Shown here: positions 7,235 through 14,557 of the stretch, piece by piece
How the letters are laid out: each line of letters begins with the position of its first letter
Position numbering within the stretch: position 1 is the first letter of the stretch
NCBI GenBank assembly: GCA_934647235.1
Contig: CAKUFG010000016.1
Span: 7,282-39,281, forward strand
DNA from: an uncultured Clostridia bacterium
GTDB taxonomy: Bacteria > Bacillota > Clostridia > Christensenellales > Aristaeellaceae
Reading direction: 5' to 3'
DNA: 32,000 nucleotides
Program-made: the position numbers and the translations under genes
The notes under the pieces: generated by a model
What the model saw: the letters and a program-made list of their open reading frames with translations, nothing else
Databases searched by the model: none
Told to the model about the DNA's origin: nothing

Positions 7235-8389
7235 ATGGCTGCTACAAAAAAACGCAATGCCTATCGCGGACTGATTGCCTGGATGCTGGTGCTGCTGGCG
7301 CTGTGCGCGCTGTGCTTTGCAGGCTACCTGTATACCCGCAATTATCTTTCGGCCCGCGCCAGGCAGAATGAGGAGGATGTGCTCAAGATCAACGCCGAGC
7401 GCACCCAGGAATACAACGCCGCCATGGCCGAGCATCAGCAGCAGAGCGCCGCCGCCAGCAAGGATGTGCAGTGGCCCGCCGCTGCTGCGGCTGGCTGGGA
7501 TGTGGTGGATCTGACCGCGTATCCTGTCAGCGAGGGCTCCCTGACCACCGTAACCCGCAAGGAAATGCTGGAGGGCGGCTTGCTTGTGATCAACCGCTGG
7601 CATATGATGCCCTCGGATCTTACCGACGACATGATGGTCAGCATCAGCCGCACCAGCCGCGCGGATGAGGACAAGAACAACAACATCCCCACCACCAATT
7701 CCTCCCTGACGCTGCAGCCTGTGGCCGTCAACGCGCTGATGAAGCTGTATGGCGACGCGCGGGCGGAGGGCCTGGATATGGACGGCATCATCGTCAGCGA
7801 GGGCTACCGCACCATGGAGCAGCAGACCAGCCTGTGGAACAAAAAGGTGGAGAGCCTGAGCGGCTCCTACAGCGGCGAGCGCCTGAACGAAATGGCCATG
7901 CGCTCCACGGCCTATCCCGGCACCAGCGATTATCAGACCGGCCTGTCCGTGTTTGTGTATAACTACAAGAAGGGCGACAACGAGTTCACCAGCACCCTGC
8001 TGCACGAGACCGAGCAGGGCAAGTGGCTGTATCAGAACTGCTGGAAATACGGCTATATCTTCCGCTATCCCATCCAGGGCTTCCCGTATGCCGATACGGT
8101 GGATAAGAGCTTCAAGACCGGCTACACCGATCAGATGAAGGTGTACCGCTATGTGGGCGTGGCCAACGCTGCGGCCATGAATACCCTGGGCATGTGCCTG
8201 GAGGAGTATGTTGAGTATCTGATGGCGCATCCGCATATCGCCGTGTACAGCGACGGTACGCTCAAGTATGAGATCTACCGCATGGAAGGCGGTTACGCCG
8301 ATACGGCCGTGACCGTGCCCTACGGCGCCGCCTCCTACAGCGCCTCCACCGATAACATGGACGGCCTGATCGTGGCGATTACCTATTAA
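7235..8389 (+). CDS. membrane-anchored VanY/LdcB-like (peptidase M15B fold) protein, probably catalytically inactive
   Basis: N-terminal TM anchor (GLIAWMLVLLALCALCFAGYLY). Family blocks are present (SEGYRTMEQQTSLW, PGTSDYQTGLSVFV, KYGYIFRYP, TGYTDQMKVYRYVG), but the expected SEH, AxD and ExxH positions read SDY, VFV and QMKV. Start at ATG 7235, 8 nt after GAAAGG. Confidence 0.8.
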   Translation: MAATKKRNAYRGLIAWMLVLLALCALCFAGYLYTRNYLSARARQNEEDVLKINAERTQEYNAAMAEHQQQSAAASKDVQWPAAAAAGWDVVDLTAYPVSEGSLTTVTRKEMLEGGLLVINRWHMMPSDLTDDMMVSISRTSRADEDKNNNIPTTNSSLTLQPVAVNALMKLYGDARAEGLDMDGIIVSEGYRTMEQQTSLWNKKVESLSGSYSGERLNEMAMRSTAYPGTSDYQTGLSVFVYNYKKGDNEFTSTLLHETEQGKWLYQNCWKYGYIFRYPIQGFPYADTVDKSFKTGYTDQMKVYRYVGVANAAAMNTLGMCLEEYVEYLMAHPHIAVYSDGTLKYEIYRMEGGYADTAVTVPYGAASYSASTDNMDGLIVAITY

Positions 8390-8410
8390 GACTGTATGCA
8401 GCCAAAACCA

Positions 8411-8449
8411 AAGCCCCTGATGGAGAAAACCCGCCATCAGGGCTTTTTT
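8411..8449 (+). terminator. intrinsic terminator after the VanY-like gene
   Basis: GCCCCTGATGG pairs with CCATCAGGGC (one bulged C), followed by T6. Confidence 0.8.
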
Positions 8450-8501
8450 CATCGGTAAGTGTATTTGAATGTATTTTTAGGCGGAAATTTTACCAAATAT
8501 A

Positions 8502-8530
8502 TTGACATGCGCTGCGGACTATGCTAAAAT
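8502..8530 (+). promoter_or_regulatory. near-consensus sigma-A promoter with extended -10, driving the orphan noncoding unit
   Basis: TTGACA (8502-8507), exact 17-nt spacer, TGcTAAAAT (8522-8530). An A/T-rich UP-like tract lies upstream (8461-8500). Confidence 0.7.
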
Positions 8531-8536
8531 GAAGAT

Positions 8537-9378
8537 GCCAGAGCGGGAAGGCTTATCGGGAAGGGTTATTCAAAAGAGCTTCCCAAGTATAACCGGCAGC
8601 AAAAAGCCCAACGCGCCTTGAATCCTCCCTCAGAAGGCTGCCGGCCGAGATACAAGCGAACGAAACGCTTTGGCAAGGTAAAGACGTGCATCCCCTGCGA
8701 CCGACCTGCCGTAGTAAACGGCCGTGAAAGGAGCTGATGTACAGACGGTGAAGGAGCTTCTTGAAACGGGTTTTCAGCTGCCCGGCCGGCATGTATGCGC
8801 TGTGCGTCGGCCGGGGCAAGGACGGGTGTCTCACACCATCGCAACGCGACAATCTCCTGTCATCACGCAGAGGGCTGAGCGCATCTGATAGTACGCACGA
8901 TTCGTAATGCCGCCCGCTTTCGGGCAATAACGCCTCCCTCTGATACGTACACCGCGCAGCATCTGTCCCGTGAAAACCAAGCATTCGCGGCGGGTATGCC
9001 GCACGACCGGATCCGTAATTCATTTCCTGGATCGCATTCATTTTCCAAGTCTCCTGCATGCCTGAAACAAGCGCCCCCAGCTTCCCCTCAGCAGAAATTG
9101 ATCGCGCGGATCAGACAAAAGCTTGCGTATTCGTTCGATTTCCCAATCCAGATCAAGATCAAGGATAAAGCTCTGCGGGAGCCTGCCCCATCCGGATTTC
9201 GCACCCAACGCATCACGGCAGGTTTAATTGGCGGCAATTGCGCAGACTCCGCTCCGCTGCAATTCCACCGGGGTTCAGGCACGGGCAGGAAGGCTCAGAA
9301 GTACACGCAAGGATCATCCTCCAATATCGGTTTTCGCATCAAAAAGGGCTGCCCTCCATGTGAGGGCAGCCTGTTTTT
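8537..9378 (+). ncRNA. candidate large (~840 nt) structured noncoding RNA, family unassigned
   Basis: Bounded by the promoter at 8502-8530 and the terminator at 9346-9378. No credible ORF or RBS in any frame. The next gene is convergent, so this cannot be a 5' leader. Many local GC helices, for example 8593-8600/8637-8644, 8781-8788/8808-8815, 8868-8874/8936-8942 and 9182-9187/9217-9222. Confidence 0.5.
9341..9378. terminator. strong bidirectional intrinsic terminator (ends the orphan RNA; also lies downstream of the convergent M32 gene)
   Basis: GGGCTGCCCTC (9346-9356) pairs with GAGGGCAGCCT (9362-9372), giving a 10-11 bp stem with a 5-nt loop. A5 precedes it and T5 follows. Confidence 0.85.
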
Positions 9379-9408
9379 GCGGCTGCGGCGGGGCTTTTGC
9401 CCAAAGGC

Positions 9409-10908
9409 TTATGCCAGGCCGTAGATTTCGCTGTACTTGTTTTTCAGATAGTTTACATAATACATCGGGTCAAAGGCCTCGCCCAGCGCCTTGGTCAGCA
9501 GGGCTTCAGGCTCGTACAGCCCGCCGTACTGCCAGATATGCTCGCACAGCCAGCCGTTGATGGGCGACAGATCGCCGCTCGCCAGCGCCGCGTCCACATC
9601 CACGGTCTGTCGCATCACATGCAGCATGTGCGCGCCATAGGCGGAGCCCAGCGCATAGGACGGGAAATAGCCAAACAGCGCGTCCGCCCAATGGGTATCC
9701 TGCAATACGCCCTCGCGGTCGTTGGGCACGTCCACGCCCAGGTATTCCTTGTACAGCCGGTTCCAGGCGGCGGGCAGCTCCTGCACGGTCAGCTTGCCGT
9801 CAAAGAGCTGCTGCTCCAGCTCATAGCGGATCAGAATGTGCATGCAGTAGGTTAGCTCATCTGCTTCTGTGCGGATCAGCGAAGGCTCGGCGCGGTTGAA
9901 CGCGCGGTAGAGCGCCTCGTCGTCGTAGGCGGCCGTCTCGGGGAAAAGCTCGCGCAGCTTGGGCGCGATCAGGCGGATAAAGCCGCGGCTGCGGCCGATG
10001 ATGTTTTCAAAGAAGCGGGACTGGCTTTCGTGAATGCCCATGGATACGCCGCCGCCCAGCACGGTGTAGGCCAGCTTGTCCATCGGATGGGTATCGTAGA
10101 GCGCGTGGCCGCCCTCGTGGATGACGCTGTACATGGAGGAAGCGAAGTTATCCTCCAGATAATGGGTGGTGATGCGCACATCGTACTTGGTAAAGCCGGT
10201 GGTGAAGGGATGCTCGGTTTCGGCGATGGTGCAGTGCGCGCGGTCCAGGCCGATTACCTGCATCAGATAATCGCTGAGCTGGCGCTGCTTATCCAGCGGA
10301 AAATGGCCGTGCAGCGGGCTGTCGTCCACCTGCTTGGCGGCGGTGACGCGATGGATGAAGGGCACCAGTTCCCGGCGCACAACATCGAAGAAAGCATCGC
10401 ACTTGGCGCGGGTCAGCCCCGTTTCAAAGCGATCCAGCAGCGTATCGTATACGGGCTGATCGGGCTTGATATAGCGCATGATGCGCTGCGTCTGGGCAAT
10501 CAGGCGTTCCAGATAGGGCATGAACAGCGCGTAATCGTTGGTTTCCTTGGCGGTGTGCCAGATCGCGTCCGATTCAGTGGTCAGCTTTTGATAGGCCACG
10601 TATTCTTCCATGGGGATGCGGCGCGTTTCGTCGATGTTCTTGTACATCACCTTGACGATGCGCTGATGCACTTCGTCCAGCTCGTCCAGATGGGCGTGCA
10701 GCTCATCCAGCAGGGCCACAGTTTCCTCGCCTGTGGACAGCCTGTACACTTCCTCAGCCAGGATGCCCAGCGTTTCGGCGCGGTTGGCGGCCGTGCCCGA
10801 GGGCGCGGCGGTCATGCCGTCGTAATCAATCAGCCCCATCGCGTGGGAATAAGCCAGCTGCTTGCGCTGCAGCTGATCCAGCTTTTGCAGGGCGGCGGTC
10901 AGTTCCAT
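9409..10908 (-). CDS. carboxypeptidase M32 (thermostable carboxypeptidase Taq-like metallopeptidase)
   Basis: HEGGHALYD (HEXXH), HESQSRFFEN, IRTEADELTY and GVLQDTHWA are the conserved M32 blocks. GGAGGA RBS precedes ATG 10908. Confidence 0.9.
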   Translation of the reverse strand: MELTAALQKLDQLQRKQLAYSHAMGLIDYDGMTAAPSGTAANRAETLGILAEEVYRLSTGEETVALLDELHAHLDELDEVHQRIVKVMYKNIDETRRIPMEEYVAYQKLTTESDAIWHTAKETNDYALFMPYLERLIAQTQRIMRYIKPDQPVYDTLLDRFETGLTRAKCDAFFDVVRRELVPFIHRVTAAKQVDDSPLHGHFPLDKQRQLSDYLMQVIGLDRAHCTIAETEHPFTTGFTKYDVRITTHYLEDNFASSMYSVIHEGGHALYDTHPMDKLAYTVLGGGVSMGIHESQSRFFENIIGRSRGFIRLIAPKLRELFPETAAYDDEALYRAFNRAEPSLIRTEADELTYCMHILIRYELEQQLFDGKLTVQELPAAWNRLYKEYLGVDVPNDREGVLQDTHWADALFGYFPSYALGSAYGAHMLHVMRQTVDVDAALASGDLSPINGWLCEHIWQYGGLYEPEALLTKALGEAFDPMYYVNYLKNKYSEIYGLA

Positions 10909-10923
10909 GGGATGATTTCCTCC

Positions 10924-11256
10924 TTAGTCAATATAAATCAAATCGTAAATGGACAAAAGCGTCTTTTCGCCGATGCCGCGCACGTGCAGCAGCTCCTCGA
11001 TGTATCGGAAGGAACCCAGCTGCGCGCGCATATCCAATATAGCCTGCGCGGTCTTGGGGCCGATGCCGGGCAGCGTCGTCAGATCTTCCAGGGTCGCGGC
11101 GTTCAGGTTGACGCGCTGCGCCTTTTCCACATCGGTCAGGGGAGCCGTGGTGGCATAGGCTCCGCGCAGGGGATAAGCATCCGGCTCGGCGCGGCGGAAG
11201 GTGCATGCATAGCAAATCAGCACGCACAAAACAGCGCCCGCCAGCACGGCGCACAC
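10924..11256 (-). CDS. comEA: short ComEA-family helix-hairpin-helix DNA-binding protein (TM anchor + HhH, no SLBB domain)
   Basis: C-terminus NLNAATLEDLTTLPGIGPKTAQAILDMRAQLGSFRYIEELLHVRGIGEKTLL is the ComEA HhH module, preceded by a TM (AVLAGAVLCVLICYA). The start is uncertain: there is no in-frame ATG after the cysS stop, and GTG 11256 is chosen (alternatives GTG 11247, TTG 11229). The track start at 11499 would overlap cysS by about 200 nt. Confidence 0.6.
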   Translation of the reverse strand: MCAVLAGAVLCVLICYACTFRRAEPDAYPLRGAYATTAPLTDVEKAQRVNLNAATLEDLTTLPGIGPKTAQAILDMRAQLGSFRYIEELLHVRGIGEKTLLSIYDLIYID

Positions 11257-11303
11257 GGCGTATGGCAGCGCTGCGCGGGCGCGGGGGGACAGGCGGCGAG
11301 GCG

Positions 11304-12701
11304 TTACACGGCCTTTCGTACCTTCTGCCCCTCCTTCGTATCCTCTACAATAAAGCCCAGAGCCTTGAGCTGATCGCGCAGCTCGTCGCTCTTTTTCCAG
11401 TCGCGGTCCTTGCGGGCCTGCACGCGCGCGTCGGCCAGCGCCTGGATATCGGCAGGCAGCTCGCCCGCCTTTTTCATCATCAGGCCCAGCACGTCGCACA
11501 GGGATACCAGCGCGTTCAGCGCCGTTTCGATGGCGGCCTTGCTGCTTTCAGCGGTCAGGGTGACGTTGGCATCGCGCACGATTTCAAACAGCGCGCCGAT
11601 CGCGTCGGCAGTGTTCAGATCGTCGTCCATCGCGCTGTCAAAGCGCTCGCCGTAGGTCCTGATGCGCGCGGCGAAGGCCTGCTCGTCCTCGTTCATGGGG
11701 CGATCCTGGGCATGCTCCAGCAGGAAGCTCATCTGATCGCGCGCGGTATACAGGCGGGACAGGGAGGCGTGCGCCTGGGCGATCATCTCGCGGCTGAAAT
11801 TGATGGGGCTGCGATACTGGGCGGAGAGCATGAACATGCGCACGTCCTCGGCGTCAAACTCCTTGAGAATATCGCGCACGGTGAAGAAATTGCCCAGGGA
11901 CTTGGACATTTTTTCGTTGTTCACGTTGATGAAGCCGTTGTGCATCCAGTAATGCACATAGGGCTTGCCGGTTGCGCCCTCGCTCTGTGCCACCTCGTTT
12001 TCGTGGTGGGGGAAGAGCAGATCCTTGCCGCCGCAGTGAATATCGAAGGTTTCGCCCAGGTATTCCATGCTCATGGCGCTGCACTCAATGTGCCAGCCGG
12101 GACGGCCCATGCCCCAGGGGCTGGGCCAGGCAGGCTCGCCGGGCTTCTGCGCCTTCCATACGGCAAAGTCGGCAGGGTTCTTCTTGGCGCTGTCCACTTC
12201 GATGCGCGCGCCGGCTTCCAGATCCTCCAGGTTCTGGCCCGACAGGCTGCCGTAGCCGGGGAAGGCGGCGGTATCAAAATACACGTCGCCGTTTACCTCG
12301 TAGGCCAGGCCCTTGTCCACCAGCTTCTGCACCAGCGCGATGATCTGGGGAATATGCTCGGTGGCGCGGGGATGCACGGTGGCGGGACGGATGCCCAGCG
12401 CCTGCGCGTCCTTATAATACTCGGCGATAAAGCGATCGCCCAGTTCCTTGACGGTGATGCCTTCTTCATTGGCGCGGCGGATCATCTTGTCGTCGATATC
12501 GGTGAAATTCTGCACAAACGTAACCTTGTAGCCGCGATGCTCCAGATACCGGCGCAGCACGTCGAACACGATAAAGGGGCGGGCGTTGCCGACATGGAAA
12601 TAATTGTATACCGTCGGGCCGCAGGCATAGATGCGCGCTTCGCCCGGATGGATGGGCACAAACTCTTCCTTGCGGCGGGTTTTGCTGTTGTAAATCTGCA
12701 T
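11304..12701 (-). CDS. cysS: cysteine--tRNA ligase
   Basis: MQIYNSKTRRKEEFVPI..., class I signature HVGNARP (HIGH) and KMSKSLGN (KMSKS), full length. Confidence 0.95.
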   Translation of the reverse strand: MQIYNSKTRRKEEFVPIHPGEARIYACGPTVYNYFHVGNARPFIVFDVLRRYLEHRGYKVTFVQNFTDIDDKMIRRANEEGITVKELGDRFIAEYYKDAQALGIRPATVHPRATEHIPQIIALVQKLVDKGLAYEVNGDVYFDTAAFPGYGSLSGQNLEDLEAGARIEVDSAKKNPADFAVWKAQKPGEPAWPSPWGMGRPGWHIECSAMSMEYLGETFDIHCGGKDLLFPHHENEVAQSEGATGKPYVHYWMHNGFINVNNEKMSKSLGNFFTVRDILKEFDAEDVRMFMLSAQYRSPINFSREMIAQAHASLSRLYTARDQMSFLLEHAQDRPMNEDEQAFAARIRTYGERFDSAMDDDLNTADAIGALFEIVRDANVTLTAESSKAAIETALNALVSLCDVLGLMMKKAGELPADIQALADARVQARKDRDWKKSDELRDQLKALGFIVEDTKEGQKVRKAV

Positions 12702-12722
12702 AAAATAGGTTCCTCCTTTAAG

Positions 12723-13439
12723 TTAAGATGCGGGATTTTCGTTCGAATGGTCTTGCTTTTTGAGCGGACAGTGCGCGCTGTCCTCGGCGCACTGATCGCA
12801 GCCCAGGCGGCAGGCGCAGTCGCGCAGCACCTTTTCAAGCTCGGTCAGCCGGTGATACAGCGCCTGCATGCGCTCAAACATGGGGTCGGGCAGGTTGGCG
12901 TGATCCAGCGTCGGGCGCGAGCCGTCCTTCCTGCGCACGATGCGGCCGGGGTTGCCCACCACCGTGCAGCCCTCGGGCACGGATTTGAGCACGATGGCTC
13001 CCGCGCCCACCTTGACGTTGCGGCCCAGGGTGATGGGCCCCAGCACCTTGGCGCCCGCGCCGATGATCACGCCGCTTTCCACCGTGGGGTGGCGCTTGCC
13101 GTGATCCTTGCCCGTGCCGCCCAGGGTGACGCCCTGATAGAGCGTTACGTCGTCGCCTACCTCGGCGGTTTCGCCAATGACCACGCCTGCGCCGTGATCG
13201 ATGAACACGCGGCGGCCAATCTGTGCGCCGGGGTGAATTTCAATGCCCGTTTTGCGGCGGGTGCGTGCCGATATCCAGCGCGCCAGCAGCGTGTGCCTGT
13301 GCAGGTACAGCCTGTGGGCGATACGGTGCCAATACAGCGCCTTTACCCCAGGATAGCACAGCAGCACCTCCGCCCGACTGCGCGCCGCCGGATCGCGCGC
13401 GAATACGGTAGCGATGTCCTCCGACAGATGCGTCGGCAT
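12723..13439 (-). CDS. cysE: serine O-acetyltransferase with Cys-rich C-terminal tail
   Basis: [29 protein letters not shown], left-handed beta-helix hexapeptide repeats ([38 protein letters not shown]), AAGGAGG RBS. Confidence 0.93.
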   Translation of the reverse strand: MPTHLSEDIATVFARDPAARSRAEVLLCYPGVKALYWHRIAHRLYLHRHTLLARWISARTRRKTGIEIHPGAQIGRRVFIDHGAGVVIGETAEVGDDVTLYQGVTLGGTGKDHGKRHPTVESGVIIGAGAKVLGPITLGRNVKVGAGAIVLKSVPEGCTVVGNPGRIVRRKDGSRPTLDHANLPDPMFERMQALYHRLTELEKVLRDCACRLGCDQCAEDSAHCPLKKQDHSNENPAS

Positions 13440-13458
13440 AGCCAGCCTCCTTTATCAT

Positions 13459-13686
13459 AAATAAACGCCGCCTCCCCTGCGGGAGACGGCGATAAGCCGC
13501 GGTTCCACTCCGCTTGGGGCATACGCCCCCTCTCGGATTGCCTTAACGCGGCGCACGGCGCAGCCTACTTGCCCTTCGGTGCGCGGCTCCCAGGGGCACT
13601 GTCCGCATCCGCCAAGCGCGCTTTCAGCCGCGGCGCGCTCTCTCTTGGACGGAAAACCCCGGACGATTTCCCTGTTCACTGCCATT
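13459..13686 (-). promoter_or_regulatory. T-box riboswitch leader (probable Cys specificity) controlling cysE-cysS
   Basis: The minus strand shows the AGAGAG bulge, a GCUGAAAGC distal loop, and a specifier-region internal loop UGCGGACAGUGC containing two UGC codons. It also shows the T-box sequence GGAGUGGAACCGCGG and a terminator (CGCCGTCTCCC/GGGAGGCGGCG + UUUAUUU at 13459-13491). Confidence 0.8.
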
Positions 13687-13692
13687 GCTATT

Positions 13693-13721
13693 ATTATATG
13701 TAGCGCGGCGCTTTTTGTCAA
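13693..13721 (-). promoter_or_regulatory. consensus sigma-A promoter of the cysE T-box leader
   Basis: The minus strand reads TTGACA (13716-13721), 17-nt spacer, TATAAT (13693-13698). Confidence 0.75.
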
Positions 13722-13892
13722 GCAAGGAAAGGCTTGCGGCACCAGGCAATCCATGATATAAATAAGATGGCGTCAACACTAAAGACGGCGCAGAATATAA
13801 ACGGAAAGGGTGGTCTGTTATGATGAAAAAGAAACGCGCATGGAGGGTTCGCGTCTCTTAACCCTCCGAATAAATGATTTGGAGGAAAGAAA

Positions 13893-14393
13893 ATGAACAG
13901 CCCGATTACGAATCGAAAAACACCGACGGAACACGAGAACCAAGCCTTCCGGCAGGATACGAGCATCACAGTGGAGCCTTTGACGGGGCCGGACGATGGG
14001 CGGCTGATCAGGCTGCTCAGCGGTTTTCTGCGCGCCATTGGCGAAGAACCCTTGACCGATGAAAAGCAGCGGCGGCTGCTGCAGGGAATATGCGAGAAAA
14101 GGATCGTGTTTTTCCTGGCTGAAAGCGGCAGCCAGGCCATTGGCATGTGCAGCGTGGCACGGTGCTTTTCCACCTTTGCCTGCGGCGATGTGGGCGTATT
14201 TGAGGATTTCTACATCGAGCCTGCGTTTCGCGGCAAGGGCGTCGCACGAAGGCTTGCGCAGGCAGCTCAGGCATGGTGCCGGGAGCAGGGCATGGCCAGC
14301 GTGACCGTGTGCTGCGCGCCCTGCGACGAGAAGATGTATCAGGCCCTGGGCTTTGAAGAAAACCTGGGCGTAACGTATGCGCATCTGACATAA
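13893..14393 (+). CDS. GNAT-family N-acetyltransferase
   Basis: The acetyl-CoA binding block FRGKGVARRL (R/Q-x-x-G-x-G/A) and the overall ~165 aa GNAT layout. GGAGGA RBS precedes ATG 13893. Confidence 0.85.
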   Translation: MNSPITNRKTPTEHENQAFRQDTSITVEPLTGPDDGRLIRLLSGFLRAIGEEPLTDEKQRRLLQGICEKRIVFFLAESGSQAIGMCSVARCFSTFACGDVGVFEDFYIEPAFRGKGVARRLAQAAQAWCREQGMASVTVCCAPCDEKMYQALGFEENLGVTYAHLT

Positions 14394-14400
14394 TTGTACT

Positions 14401-14438
14401 GGGGCTGCCGTATCAGGTATAGGAGCGGCGGCCCCTTT
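14401..14438 (+). terminator. intrinsic terminator after the GNAT gene
   Basis: GGGGCTGCCG pairs with CGGCGGCCCC (one G-U pair), followed by TTTGCTGATTTT. Confidence 0.6.
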
Positions 14439-14498
14439 GCTGATTTTGAAGGCTGGACGGATAAAATGCCGCGCTCCGCGCCCTCGCTTCAATACCAG

Positions 14499-14527
14499 TT
14501 GCCAAATCGCACGCTTTCTGCTATAAT
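14499..14527 (+). promoter_or_regulatory. sigma-A promoter of the asp23-...-ispA cluster
   Basis: TTGCCA (14499-14504), 17-nt spacer, TATAAT (14522-14527). Confidence 0.65.
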
Positions 14528-14557
14528 TATCTGTACATCGTAAAGGAGGTGCATTCC

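Noticed and set aside
7187-8452. 421-aa ORF on the minus strand, plus similar long antisense ORFs at 804-2090(-), 10030-11373(+), 11205-13460(+), 14489-16264(-), 19861-21039(-), 22562-24976(-), 26068-27396(-) and 28746-29984(-).
   Set aside because: Each lies exactly antisense to a gene with clear family motifs. Their translations are Ala/Gly/Arg/His-rich low-information strings with no RBS. Stop-free antisense frames are expected at this GC content. The 804-aa ORF even runs through an intergenic spacer.
9379-9408. Short GC-rich segment GCGGCTGCGGCGGGGCTTTTGCCCAAAGG between the bidirectional terminator and the M32 stop.
   Set aside because: Only weak, short pairing (GGGC/GCCC). Adequately explained as the 3' UTR of the M32 gene.
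8553-9424. ORFs inside the orphan gap: 8553-9059(-) 168 aa, 8566-8844(-) 92 aa, 8863-9048(-) 61 aa, 8996-9424(+) 142 aa, 9088-9282(-) 64 aa.
   Set aside because: No RBS, Arg/Cys/Pro/Ser-rich composition, no recognisable domain, mutual overlap, and the + strand ORF runs through the terminator hairpin. I treat the region as noncoding.
13820-13861. 13-codon mini-ORF MMKKKRAWRVRVS whose 3' end overlaps the 5' arm of an 8-bp hairpin (GGAGGGTT/AACCCTCC, about 13842-13867) upstream of the GNAT gene. It could be a leader peptide or attenuator.
   Set aside because: Weak RBS, no U-tract after the hairpin, no regulatory codon run, and too short to evaluate. Plausibly a chance ORF in a promoter region.
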